A stretch of 61,639 bases of DNA, counting the filler, from Circinaria calcarea (taxonomy: Eukaryota): assembly GCA_051942165.1 (NCBI GenBank). It is 9 parts of 9 records of this genome, joined end to end, with 100 filler letters (N's around TTAATTAATTAA, not from the genome) between each part and the next. Parts side by side here need not be neighbours in the genome. Positions count along the whole stretch, not along the records: positions 6,870 to 13,634 come from JAVECS010001493.1; positions 13,735 to 20,498 come from JAVECS010001494.1; positions 20,599 to 27,358 come from JAVECS010001495.1; 6 more parts are not named here. One strand, given 5' to 3'. Below the pieces are notes generated by a model that was not told where the DNA came from, made no database searches, and saw only the letters and a program-made list of their open reading frames with translations. Both the position numbers and the translations under genes were made by a program. Positions 13,007 through 26,030 of the stretch are shown one piece after another. Position 1 is the stretch's first letter. Every line of letters starts with the position of its first letter.

Positions 13007-13634
13007 ATGGCGAGCGCCTTGCCAATTCGTTTTACTGAGCTACTTCAGGTCCGTTGCGCGTTCTATTTAAGTTTGGCAATATTGAGCTAGAGCTGACAGT
13101 GTGTACCTCGCAGCTGACCCAGGTTGATATAACTGTACGTCTGCGCAGGATGGCTATCCTAAGGCAGCCAAATCACACCCCTACTCTGCTGGCCAGAGCT
13201 AACACCACTAAAGCCGTCAGCAATAGGTTTCAACTCATGCGTAAGTTCGCCACGCTGCGCGACAGCAGGAAAGCCAAGGCGCTTTGCTGACTCAAACTCA
13301 GACCTTAGAATCCGATACATACATCTGCGTCCGCCAAAAACCTTCTGAGGACGCTCAACCAGAAGTCATAATTATCAATCTCAAAAACAACAATGAAGTC
13401 ATCAGGAGACCGATCAAAGCCGACAGTGCCATCATGCACTGGCATAAGCAGGTCATTGCTCTCAAAGCCAACCAGAGAACTCTACAGATCTTTGACCTTG
13501 GCCAAAAGCTCAAACTCAAATCTTATACCATGAATGAGGACGTCCTCTTCTGGAAATGGGTTAGCGTGGATACTATCGGCATGGTGACGGAAGCTTCAGT
13601 TTATCATTGGGATGTCTTCGATCCTAATCAAGGA
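13007..13634 (+). CDS. CHC1: Clathrin heavy chain, 5' part (truncated)
   Basis: Exons 13007-13048 (MASALPIRFTELLQ), 13114-13134 (LTQVDIT), 13214-13240 (PSAIGFNSC), 13302-end (TLESDTYICVRQK...RRPIKADSAIMHW...TLQIFDL); all introns GT-AG. Confidence 0.96.
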
Positions 13635-13734
13635 NNNNNNNNNNNNNNNNNNNNNNNNNNNNNNNNNNNNNNNNNNNNTTAATTAATTAANNNNNNNNNN
13701 NNNNNNNNNNNNNNNNNNNNNNNNNNNNNNNNNN
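13635..13734. other. Artificial contig-joining spacer
   Basis: N44-TTAATTAATTAA-N44. Confidence 0.99.
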
Positions 13735-14150
13735 AATTTTAACCACATCGGTCTTCGAAAGAAAGGTTCACGGAACGAACGACCGCGTGGTCAGTTCTGG
13801 GACCAGATATGGTTAAATGCGGCACAGGAGGGTGCGCGCCAGCGCTGAAAGGCTGGAATAAGCGGGAAGGAGAGGAAAGGGGGCAAGGACTTCGAAGGAC
13901 TAAAGGACTCTGGAGGGGGGCTGGCGAGTCGGGATGTGGGGGTCCGTCTTTGTAGGCCTTTACCTTTGCTCTACACGTTCATGATAGCCAAGAAGGGGGG
14001 AAATACAATGAATGTTTCAAACCCTCGGCGAATTCTAATTCAACCATGGGGGTTTCTCGTGTTCGTTTTCCGTTCGTGCGGAGATTTATGCAGTCCGAAA
14101 AACCACCCAAACGACATAATCTATATTTCCACTTCTGAAATTCAAATCAA

Positions 14151-15971
14151 CTAAGCCCTCAAATCTTTCCCTCGTGGCCTGATATTCACAAAGACATCCT
14201 GTGTAGTTGGCATAGCAGACGATGACGGCACCTTCAGATCCACTACTGGAGGCGTCTGACCCGGTGCGACCTCCAGATGAAGTCGGTCCAACGCCGTCGC
14301 CACAAAGATATAAATCTCAGACCGCGCGAAGAACCTACCGGGGCAGTAGGTGTTCCCGCCGCCGAACGGATGGTAGCCTTTAGCGTGCTGCAGACTCTTG
14401 TTGGCGAGAAAGCGAGTGGGGTCGAATTTCAATACCCCCGGACCAAATATGGACGGGTCTAGGTGGAACTGGCGGAAGGGACCGAGGACAGTCTCGCCGG
14501 CGTGGACTGTTTTACCACTGACAACTGTGTCTTCGGTGGCCTTGCGGGCGATAGCGGCATTGTTGTAGATGCGAAGAACCTCGTACCATACGGCGTCAAG
14601 GTGGGGGCAGTCTGATAGGAGGACATTCAGGTCTAGGGAGCCGTTGACCGAGAGTGCTTTGCGGGTCTCGAGGCGAATTTCAGTGAAGAGAGCCTGGTCG
14701 TAGAGAATATGGGCAAAGACCCAGAAGGATATCCGATGCGCATTGTGGTTGATTCTACAGTGGAGTCAGATTCTGTATATCATGAATGAGGATAGCCGCT
14801 GGATTGCGATGACTTACGCCCATGTGATCATCATCATGATTCCAGCTCTGTCGCGTGGATCGAGGCCTAGACTCTCGAGCTCAGAGTCCAAGGTCCGGAA
14901 TATCCACGCCAGTTCTGGTCGGTCCTCCGTCGGAAGCGCAAAGTACCTGACAAGATCGTCCAAAGCCTTGTCCTTGAGCTTATGTACATCTCTTGCCATG
15001 AATCGAGGATAGTTGTAGAAGATCTTCCAGCTTTCGTCCTCATAGGCTTGATAATTGGATAAAAATAAAGGGGACGTCTCGAAAAGCTTCGTGCCGAAGA
15101 AGCTTTTCATTGCACAATCCCCAAGTATATGTCTCGTGAACCGTTTCAATGAGATCAACTTCACATCTTCGTTGGAGGAAATGGAAAACAGGTCCGAGAG
15201 CTCAGGCCAGGATACCGACTCCATGAGGTAATGAGTGTACCTGTCTTGAAGACCCTTAAGATTCCCATTACCTCCGGGATGAAGTTGGTGTCGGAGCCAT
15301 TCACTTTGCATCTTGAAGTAGCACTTGCCATTTGGATTCGCTTTCGATAATAGAGCCGAAGTCCTGGCGTCCATTGATAATAAGTGCGCCGGGTCGTCAT
15401 GGAACATGTTTTCTATTACAGTGTGTCCGAATCCAAACGCCTTCATTATATTCTGAACGAATGGCTCGAAGGTAAACATGACTGGTTTTTTCCATATGGT
15501 ATTGACCTCTTGAATGGTTTGAATGATCACAATTTTCTGGCCGACGATTGTAAGCGCATAAGGCTCCTTGCTAGGGAAATATGAACTGCCGACGGTTCAG
15601 TTATTTGACTGCTTTCTTTATCCGCTTCAAATGGGCCTCTACGAAAATAGTAACTCACCGTCCGCGGTTGAATAGAGCTTGGGAACGGTGCATGAACTCC
15701 CAACTATGTCCTTCATCGAAGAATTAACTCAACTCCACTGAAGATCTGGCAGCAGATCTGGCAACAGAAGCAGCCTACCTACGAAAGGAATCCAATAAGG
15801 CAATGGCTTTGGCTCATGAGGCCAAAGCAGCGGGGCAACAGTAAACCTCCACAGCCGCCATATGAGCAACGGTGCCAAAAGAGATGCAGTGGCAAGTAGT
15901 ACAGTATAAGAGAGGGCGGCGAAAGGGAGCACTCCTCGGAACAGCAAGTGGTCTCGGTTGAAGTCCAACAT
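14151..15971 (-). CDS. Cytochrome P450, CYP7/prostacyclin-synthase-like group
   Basis: N-terminal TM plus PKPLPYWIPFVG|H, I-helix WA|INHNAHRISFW (intron 14817-14755), ExxR WYEVLR, FDPTRF, heme motif PFGGGNTYCPGRFFA; four exons splice in frame. Confidence 0.9.
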
Positions 15972-16450
15972 CACACTGGCGTACAATGAGTGCTCCGAAG
16001 CTTTGCGGATTTCATCAACCTCTTCATTCTACCGTAAACGAAAGCACGTAGTACAAACATGCTGTTGTGTGTATTATGGAGGATTTGATCTTAGTCCGAC
16101 TGGCCAAATTCGCGTGGTTTGATTGGCTCTCTCATTCCGGTGAAGTATCCTTGACCCTTGACTGCAGGTGTAGCGTCGGTGATAAGATCAAATCCTGATA
16201 CCATCCCATAGCAGATGACTTGCATGCATCAAGTCCGATGCTCTGGATCCGTTTGATCGACGACTCAAGTCCCAAGTCCCAAGCGAGGATCAACGGGCGG
16301 GTCGGCACGCACTAGTCGACTCCATACTGACCTGCATTACGGAGTAACACGAAGCCATAGAGGCACAGCTTCTACAGGGGATAAATTGGAATGGCGAGAT
16401 GAGCGAGATCGGCGTCCGCTGCAATAAAGAGGCGGGGCTACTAGCAAGCA

Positions 16451-16584
16451 TACTGTACCTTGACAGATCGGGTCGACCCGCGACTTAAGAATTGCAGCTT
16501 CTGATTGGTAGGGAGATATGCTCCAGCCAGTCAGAAGTTCTTCCGGTAAGCGCTAGGGTTGACCCGATCTGTCAAGGTACAGTA
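16451..16584. repeat. Perfect 24-bp inverted repeat with 86-bp spacer (MITE-like or hairpin)
   Basis: 16451-16474 TACTGTACCTTGACAGATCGGGTC is the exact reverse complement of 16561-16584 GACCCGATCTGTCAAGGTACAGTA; both outer ends are TA. Confidence 0.9.
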
Positions 16585-17340
16585 CTTGGATCCGTTTGCC
16601 CTTGTACGGCAGAGCTAATCTTCCCAGATGTTTCATCTCTACTGGATTGCTCCCTGGAGAGAGGCAGTAAGAATTACTGCATCAGTGACAAGGCAGAGAC
16701 ATTGCATAAGCCCTGTCTGAGCTAGAGCTAATTACACCTTCCTCTTTAGGGAAACAAAGGATCTGCAAGGTACATACAGTCCCCGCCGATCAGCAGCAGT
16801 ATCTTCGCTTGCACTGGTCGAGGATCAGCCAAGGCAAGATAACATCGATGGGCTAGAAATGCAGCTCCCGGCCCATACCCCGTGTTTTGCTCGGACAGTC
16901 CCACTCGTGGTTACCTGTATAAGGTACGTGCCCTATCGTGAAATCGGCTATTCATTGGCTGGTACTTGGAGAGATGCACATGCACGTTTGACGATGACAA
17001 CAATAACGACGCTTCAAGCGCGTTACCTTGCAGTGCAGCACTCCTTCAACGCTTACATCAATTAGCTCTGGATCTAGGCCACTCGGAGGCCTACAATGTG
17101 AACTATGACTCTGTTAAGCGTCTAGGAACCCTCCTAGCCAATGCCCCATTCTTTCCAAAGGTTCGAAATTAAGCACCGAGGGCGTTGTTGACGATGTCCA
17201 TGTCACCTGTAAGAATAAGCTCAAACTAACATCGTCTTTCCAACAAGTATTAATTGGAATCCTATGAGATACATTCGAAACTACTGAAACTTAATATTAA
17301 TATCGTTTGGCTCACCTGGGCTACATTCTCTGATCCTAAC

Positions 17341-19302
17341 ATGTATAACGTATGTCAATCTCCTGGAATGCTTTGTATTCTTCTTCTTTCCTGTATGATC
17401 CTGGGTAGCCTTGTGAGCCGGGTTTTCCACCTCAGAAACATTCCGGGGCCATGGTGGGCCCCATATACCAGATTTTGGCTGTTCAAAACACTGGCGTCGG
17501 AAGATTCTCCAAGTCGGTATATCGAGGTGAATAATAAATATGGTATATCCAGGGCTCCATTTCCATTGGATTTAAAAAATTGCCTCCCTCCCCACTTAGG
17601 TTTGTCCGCGATGATATCTGGTTTGATTGATATCTCTCAGGTCCTCTTGCGCGTATCGGTCCCAACCATCTCCTCACCAATGATCCAATCACTTTCAGAA
17701 GAATTCTTGCGACCCGTTCCGGTTATTTGCGCGGGCCTTGGTTTAACAGTCTTCGTTTGGATCCTAACAACGCCAGTCTAATCACAGAGAGAAATACGCG
17801 GAGGCATAGTACGTTACGCCACCAGATGGCGCCTGGTGTAAGTATTCTTTTGCCTAGTTTTTAAACCTTTGAGCAATGTTGACTGCGAGCTGAATGCCCG
17901 CAGTACCACGGTAAAGATATTGAAGGGTTTGAAGAAGGTATAGAGAAAAGCCTCCAAGACTGGATTTATTTCGTCGAGGAGCACGGAGTCTCGGATCCCA
18001 ATATCGCTTGCAAAGAATTCGAAATCGGGAAAAGTATTCAATATCTTGTTACGGACATGATCTGTCGCCTGTGCTTTGGTCAACCGTTCGGTTTTATAAC
18101 AAAGCACGCAGATTGTCATGATTTCTTGAAAACGTTGGAGGAAAGACTACCTATCGTGGAAAAATTTTCCATTTATACCGAAGTTAGCAGCTTATTACGT
18201 TTCGTCTCTTATATCCCTTGGCTCAAACGTATTCTTCCGTCAGCAGATAACCAAACCGGTATCGGTAAAATTATAGGGGTAAAAATAACCAGAGCGCCAG
18301 CTTATCCGGTTAAGCCTTCATTCTAACCAACTTGGCAGATATCCCGTGAAGTCATTAACGAGAGATTTGCGCAAGGAATTCATGTCAAGAACGATATGCT
18401 GGGTTCATTCCTGAAGTCCGGACTCGATAGGCGTCAAGCCGAGCTCGAAATCACTATTTCTTTGTAAGAGCCTTTCGCCGACCCTCCACTCAATACGGAA
18501 ATACTGCAAGTAAACTCACAGCATCTTCCCAATAGATTCGCTGGCTCCGATACTACTGCCACATCCATACGCGCCATTCTCCTCCACATCATAACCAACC
18601 CTCTCATATACAACCGACTACGCATCGAAATCGACACCCACATCGCTAATGGCGCCCTCTCATCTCCCCCCCTCGAAGACCAGGTCCGAAAGCTCCCATA
18701 CCTCCAAGCATGTATCCGTGAAGGCCTCCGCATCTTCCCTCCCATCACCTACCTCCGTGAACGCGTGACACCACCGAAGGGTGATATACTTAACGGCTTT
18801 GTCCTCCCTGGTGGCGTAAACATCGGATTCAATCTCCCCGGGCTGCTCTTAGACCCTGTCTTCGGCCCCGATCCCAAATTCTACCGGCCCGAGCGGTGGC
18901 TGGACGGAGTGCTCCCAGAGCGCCTCCACGAAATGGAGCGAGTGATGGAGCTTGTTTTCGGGTGGGGTTCGACGCGATGCCTCGGAATTCGGATGGCAAA
19001 TGCGAACCAGAGCAAGTTCTTCGTCGAGGTTGGTCTGGCCGCCCCTCCTCTCCTCCTGCTGCCTTTGCTTTTTTTGTTTATACTTTTTTCGATTAATTCT
19101 TATTGGAAACCATAGCTTACTTGTGCGATGATTTTACTGCAAGGTCTTTCGACGCTGGGATGTGGTCATAACGAGACCCATTAAACCGTGGAGCAGTCGT
19201 TGCCATGGTATATTCTATCAGAAGGACTTCTTTGTGCGGATTACACCTCGAGAAACGGTAACTGCTGCGGGTGGCGCGGATCCGTGTGTTGTCGCATCGT
19301 GA
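17341..19302 (+). CDS. Cytochrome P450, pisatin-demethylase/benzoate-hydroxylase-like group
   Basis: LRNIPGPWWA, YG|PLARIGPNHLL, CFGQPFGF, I-helix FAGSDTTA, IREGLRIFPP, FYRPERWL, heme FGWGSTRCLG; multi-exon, stop TGA 19300-19302; start could be 17341 or 17368. Confidence 0.9.
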
Positions 19303-20498
19303 TTACGGATACTTTACGGGCCTGTGTACCAGAAGTGAAATGTGCGAGACGCTTGGAAAGAAGCTGATATCGAATCAAAATTGAGCGCACCACTCCGTGT
19401 TATTTCGTTTAGCGAGGCCTCATTCGTGAATCGATCCGGCTCACAGTCGACCCCTCCCCTTTTAATTCTAGCCTGAATGTAGTACTCAATTCTCGGCATA
19501 CTCCGTGCCTTCTAATCCGCATGCTTTAAGTAGTCTCTAGTCAGCTCCCCTCTAACGTCCCCTTTCACGGATCCAACGACGCTGAATGGTAAGGGAGATC
19601 ACTGGCCCCCTGCGCCCGTGTTGCGTCTCAGCTGCGGAAACACACAGAGAGGCGCCGCCCACGAGAATAAAAGTATTACCCATAGGCAACCCAGAGCCTG
19701 CTGCCACCCTACTGCCTGCGTGGTCGTATCTTTTCCCTACTTTCCGCCTTCGAGTCCCGTCCGCTAGCCCAATCAACCAATTTCCCCTGCGTCCATATTG
19801 CTCCATCCTTAACCATAATCCGCCAGCTATGAGTGTGGAAAACTGTACTGCTCCACTGTCCTGCCACATGCCCTGCGTTACCTCGATGATCTGATGTAGC
19901 ACGCCGCAGACTAGAAAAGCAAGGGCAAGCTGCCTGTAGCGTGCGAGAACATCAGGAGTTGGCGGAACGCGAAGAACATCGAATGTGAGCTAGCGGGCTA
20001 TAGTGGTAAACTTCTTGCGCATGTATTAGGTGCCAGAAGATTCTGCGGGGCCCCGCGTTGGTGCGGGGGAAACGCTGTTAATATTTCCACGAAAAGGGTA
20101 GGATAATGGGAGGGACAAGTACAACAAGAGAGGTAAAGTGAGACAGACGGTTTCTGCATCCTTACCCCTAGAATCGGCGGATGGTGTACGCGTTGACAGG
20201 TGAGCCGAAGGTCGGACGGCGGTCCGCAGTGGTAGACAGGCCGGAAACGACAGCGAGGAATGCAGTACCGAGCAGTAGCGCTGAAGGACGATGTATGCAA
20301 CGAACCAGAAGCCGAGGGTTGTGGAGATACGGGTGAGAATTTGGGAGGCAAGAATATCACTCGCGAGTAGACGTGAAGAATATGAGAAATTTTGTCGCGC
20401 ACAAAGAATGGAGTGTGAGGGTGGGGGTTTTTGGCAAGGAGGAGTAAGTCAGTTACCTATCAGGTAGCAGCTTATGAAACCACAGCCACGGGGAGGGG

Positions 20499-20598
20499 NN
20501 NNNNNNNNNNNNNNNNNNNNNNNNNNNNNNNNNNNNNNNNNNTTAATTAATTAANNNNNNNNNNNNNNNNNNNNNNNNNNNNNNNNNNNNNNNNNNNN
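20499..20598. other. Artificial contig-joining spacer
   Basis: N44-TTAATTAATTAA-N44. Confidence 0.99.
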
Positions 20599-20775
20599 AG
20601 AAGACTTGGTTGGGAAAAGTATCAAATATCATTGGTCTTAGAGTACTCTTCATCGAATATCTTTGTTAGTGTAGAGGCGTCTCAATCGCAGGCACAGTCT
20701 TCATCTTATTTAATTCGAGGGTATCCTGCACTTCCTCATAAAATCCGAGCATGCTAAATACATAGAGCCACCGTT

Positions 20776-22138
20776 TCACTCGTCCCAGACCACACAAGTC
20801 ACTTGTCCTAAATCGTCAACCTCGGCCACCACGTCTCCCAGCGTTCCGGTTTCGACATTGCGGCTGATGATCACCACCTTGAAGCTGAACTGTAGACCCA
20901 CCGCTACTAAATCTCCTGCCTTATTGATTGAGAAGTGCCGGGGAAAGGTTCCGCCTGCGGTAGATAGTGTTCGGAACTGGAATTCGTTGTTGTTTCGGAG
21001 TGAAAACGTGGCAAGGGAGTCGGAAGCATTGGTATTCGGCACTGCGCTAGGGAAGGATTTGTCGTTGCGGTTCGAGAGGTAGATTTCGTTGCCCTTGAGA
21101 TCATGGTGTTAGTAATTTCCTTGCCGGGGGATGATAAGAATCGTTCATACTGCTATGTGAATCTCTGCCACAGCCGAATCACTCGGTGCAGTCTTGTTTC
21201 CAAAAGTACTCTCGACTTCAATTTCCTCAAACGCCAAGCATCCTCGTGTAGGATATGTGACATTGAATGCGGTAATGGTATTCACTAGTTCACTAACCAC
21301 ATACAGAGCCACCGAGGCAAGACTCTTTGGCACAGGTTCTGGTTTCGGCCTGCATGGCTGTCCATCTTCTTGCTGAACGACCATACTAATTTCACTCTGG
21401 GCTGCTCGGAATACCGCATGCCTGGGTCCAGAGCCGGGTGCGATGGTGAGGCTAGGACATGCGTCTAACTTACCGTTTGTAGCATTAATACTGAAAACGC
21501 GGATGACATCGCCCCCGAGGTCCGGTGAGAGGATGAACTTCCCTGTAGGGTCGAGAATAACTTGGTGCTGATGAGGAGCATCTTGCCGTGCTTGATTTGG
21601 ACCGTGACCGGGAGGAGGCAGAGTAAAAGGGAGAGTCTGGTAAAGTTTGGGGGTGGTGGAGTTTAGGAGAGACCAGGTCGTGACAGCACTGCCACCGCTG
21701 TGAGAGTTCTAGCATTAGGATTCGGATTCCTCGAGGTGTGTATTGCAAGGAGAGTACTCACTAGTGTGCCAAAGCAAGGAAGTTGCCTCCAGAAGCAGAG
21801 TTGTATTCTACAGCACTAACGCCGCCACCAGTGACTGTAACGGTCTGCGACTTGGTGATGAGGGAACCATCTTTTCGAGCTTGGAAGGCGGCAATACCAC
21901 CATAAGTAGTAATGAGTCCTTCACCGATGCAGTACAAAGCTCTAGTCGAAGGGTTGAAGGTCAACCAAGAAGGGGAATAAAGGCAGTCACTTGTTGTGGC
22001 AGTTTTGGCAAGAGAATACGCCGACTCCTTCCGAGTCAAGGATAGTGTGGTGACCGTACCATCGTAGGAGGATACCCAGAGGTTAGCCGCTGAGGCAAGA
22101 ACAGGAAGCAGTACAGAGAGGAAATATGCCGAGTACAT
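20776..22138 (-). CDS. Secreted 7-bladed beta-propeller lactonase (3-carboxymuconate cyclase / YkgB-like)
   Basis: Signal peptide, ANLWVSSYDG, PSWLTF, AH|YGGS, RQDAPHQHQVILDPTGKFILSPDLG, PGSGPRHA, SNRND, PRHFSINKAGDLVAVGLQ, C-terminal VVWDE; three exons. Confidence 0.88.
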
Positions 22139-23546
22139 GACGGCAGTTAAGAGAGCAGCGGGATGACCAGCACCGTATCTAGTAGAGATTTAGATGGCGA
22201 GAAAACCAAGCTGAAGATTTCTAATCCAAAAGGTCACGATCGGGGAGAGAGCCAGAGGATAAGTTGAATAGACTATTGCAGTGGGAAGAGACCCTTTTGT
22301 AGTGCACGAAAGCCAGTCATGCTTGATGAGAGGCTGTCCCCGATTCACTCATGAAACAAAACAGATGAAGCTCGATTTAGGCAAAAAGGCGGCCGGAAGA
22401 GGGGCGCGGAAAAACGCGTGGTGCGATGAAGGGTCCCCGCATTGTACACCGGACACTGGCCGGGGAAGTGAAATTTCCCTCGATACGTGTACTCCGTAGA
22501 TAGAATACATTACGGTTCCCCGCCGACTTCGGTTTCGCGTTGTTTATCTATTATAGCTAACCCGAGGGAAGCAGAGTCCTCGATGTGAGGCTCAAATCAC
22601 ATCGAGACCGCAGTTCCAGAACGCGTCGTCCGAACTGTCAGGCGTGTCGTGTGGCGTTTTCAACTCCGTACTCCCACATGGTAAACCTAAACAAAGGCCG
22701 GGGATCATCAGCTCGAATACATAGTTTAGAGTCCTGCACGTCGGTCTTACGGCTCATACTACGTAAGACCGTGAAACCTTATCTTCTGAAGAGGCACAAG
22801 GTGAAGAACTCATCACGCAAGAAAAACCACACGAAAAAAGCAATCAACAGGGAGCTTCCCTCGGCACTACGGTACACCATCTCCTACCTCCCTTCCGATT
22901 CCTGATGTGCAAAAGAACCCAAGGGTAGCAGAAATGACAGCTGAGCTTGCCAGATACCTATCAGGAGAACAGCAGAGTAGGTAGTGCAAGATGGACAGAA
23001 TGGCTAGTCATCGGTCAGTAGGACAGGCGAAAGACTGCAGGGCTCTACGTTACAATACAACGTCCCTGAGCTTACAGGAGCGTGTACTCATTCACAGCCA
23101 TGGACAACAAGGGGCAATCATCACGCAAAGCTTTCAGCAAAGTGAACATCATATCTCATGTTTTCGTTTATTCATCGGCCAGCCTAACGCAGACCAGTGC
23201 GACTATGCCGACATATCATAGAATACACACGAAGAGGTGTCAGCCTGGACCGCCACCAGTAATTATATCCTAATGTACCTGCAAAGAGGAACTGCTGTGC
23301 ATTTGTACCTCGTGAGATCCACATCAATCCATCTCCAGCTTCGTAATATTTTCATTGCATAACAAGACCTCCGAATAGCCCAGTCAAATGCAGTCGATGG
23401 TGTACAGAAATCACAAATGGGTATATCCCGCTCGGACATATCCAGAAGATGAGTCGGCTGCCAAAGCTCCAGGCAAACCGAGAAGCAAGGGATGGTGTCA
23501 AGATACTTCAGAAGAAAATAAAATGAGAGCAATCGATGCAAGATTT

Positions 23547-26030
23547 TCAAACCCATGCAATCTCCGCCGTGACGAGCTGGTACTCGCTCCTCACCGAAGA
23601 AGGATCTTCCCCAGTCGGTGCAGTCCAACTGATTAGCATTCGAGATCCTCCATTGGTAATGTCCTCAGCACCGTAGTAGCCTTGGTGAACTCCACCGGAA
23701 TAGATGTATCTATTGCCCGCACCTGGGGTTGCTTTGTACAAAACCTGTTCCTCGGACCAGTCGTACTTGACCAAGTTTTCAACAAAATCGCTTGATGGAT
23801 TTCCCCCAGGAGCGTATGGCGGTAAGATGGCTCCATCGGCTTTGAGATGGCGGTAATAGAAGGTGTTGTCTGCATATTTGGTCATGTAGACGGCGATGAA
23901 AGTAAGATGACGAGGCGAGTAGAAGACATCCACTTCCAAAAGGGGTCCACGGATAAAGTAAGCAGTGGACGACGGCGAAAGCACTCCCTTACTCCAAGAA
24001 CTGCCCGTCCAGTACTCGTACTATGCACAATTAGCATGTAAGCGGCTATAAAACTCGTTGCGCTCGACTCACGTTATTTCTATTAGTAACACCTCCATAT
24101 CCTGTCCTAGCCAACAGGAGCCCGCCGGGCACACTACCGAAGATGTAGACTTTACCATCTGTACCACCAACACCCGATGCACCCCAGGACCGGATACCAC
24201 CAATGCAGCCCCATTCGACCTCGTCTTGGTTGAAAAGTCTATCTACGGTGCGCTGAGCCACAGGTCCACCCTTGCCTCCAGCGGTGATAGTCAACAGTGT
24301 GGCTCCGGTATATGTGAAGACAGCGGCTCTAGTGGCCATGTTGACTGCGTCATATACTATCGGTGCATATATGAGCGCATGTTCCTTGTCCAATGGGATA
24401 AGAGACGATTCTGGCCACACAGCGTAACGATGGCCATCACCCTGCATGACAGTGTTATAGCCCTCTTCGCCTTGGGTCATCGGGGCGAATCCACGCATAC
24501 GGCCAGCATCATCGCTCCATTGGCCAACACCGTCCTCAAGATGCAAAGCATTCCCGTACAGTCCATTCATTCCCGTATCAGTAGCACAGGAACTGCTGAC
24601 GAAACCAAGAAAGTTACCGTTCTTTGCATCCGTGGTGGTTGTGTAAGTGCCTGTGTCGCAAAAAATAAATAGATGCTGACCATTGAGATAGCCCCCTTTA
24701 CCTCCATCTCGAGAAATGTGTGGCGTATTAATCAAGTCTGCGAGTAGTCCTTGGGTGGAGCCGTTGACTTCAAGAACACCAGTAGCAAGGGAGACAGCAT
24801 AGTCAACCGAAAGATCTCCTTCGACGCCGACGGTCAAGAGAGATTTCGCCAGTGCGTTACTTGGAGGGGCTTTCCAGTTCACATACTGTGTCGTAGGTCG
24901 ATTCTGACTTGGCCCTTGCAAATGCGACGCCGCCACCTTTGGTAGCACAACTTTGTTTCCCGAACCGTACGTTACGCCGTTCGCAGAACTGGTAGCACCA
25001 GCTGTGGCTGTCGCGGGCACGGATGCACTAGAGATCGAACTTGGAGTTGTGGTTGGAGTTAATGAAGTTGAAGCACCAACTTGCAAAATTGCCCCTTGAA
25101 CAAGTACTGTTGACGGCACCTGGTCTGCGGTGGAATATTTCAAATAGCAGTCATCGTTGTCGTCTTGGCGATGCGGTACAAAGATAGCAGCGAGACATTC
25201 GATACTGCCCGCTTTCTTGTTGATCAAGTCACACTGCGCAACGCATGCGTCAAAAGACTCAACTAGCTGGTACGGGAAGTCGTGACCCACGATATTGATG
25301 TTGCATATGACCTGATAGTTGCTACCACCACTTGAGGTATACGTCGTTCCGTTACCGGCTGGGCAGATGGAGGACGGAGTGCTGAGTGCAACCGAAACAG
25401 AAGCACTTGACGGAGCGCCAGGAATGAGTTTGAATGATTGATACTGACCACCGATTGCGCTAGAGTGGGGAGACAGGAGATCTGCAGCATGAATCACGTT
25501 GAGTTGCGAAGGGGAGCCAGGTGCTTCAAACACATCAGAGGTTGCTGAGGCAACCGAGCTTCCCGCCAGAGCAGCGCTCATTACTACGGTACTTGTAGTA
25601 GCTTTACTGGACGTCTGCATAACAGCTAAGTGACAAGACCGAATTAGTCAAGAAACGCAAGATGATGTCTTTGCGAAATCTTACGTGACACTGTGACTGT
25701 GACATATACCAGTGAGGTAGAGGCCTCATAGCTACCTGCAGCAGCATGATCGTCTCGCGGTGCATTGAACGGTCCAGATGAAGAGCCCTCGACCTCTCGG
25801 GCATGAATGCCCACCTGAGGAACCGGAGTTGCTAGGCGTCCAATGCCGTTGACAGAGCTAGAGAGATCGGTGTGAGCATCCTGATGCCCGTAGTGGCCGT
25901 GGCCGTGTCCATGAGCGTGAGCGTGATTATGATGAAAATGCTTCTGTGGGCGAGCGTCGGAAAAAAAGACGAGAACAGCCAAAAGGAGAGTGATGAGCGT
26001 CAAGCCAGGAGAGAAGGTGAGAGCTCTCAT
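23547..26030 (-). CDS. Secreted protein: signal peptide, His-rich tract, S/T-rich linkers, PAN/apple-like module and DUF4185-like propeller domain
   Basis: Exons 26030-25685, 25625-24073, 24020-23547 join in frame; CPAGNG...YQVIC...CVAQC...C...CYLK apple pattern (~25365-25138); SRDGGKGGYLNGQHLFIFCDT, YEYWTGSSW, YSGGVH, LISWT. The gene model is solid; the DUF4185 assignment is by eye. Confidence 0.72.
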
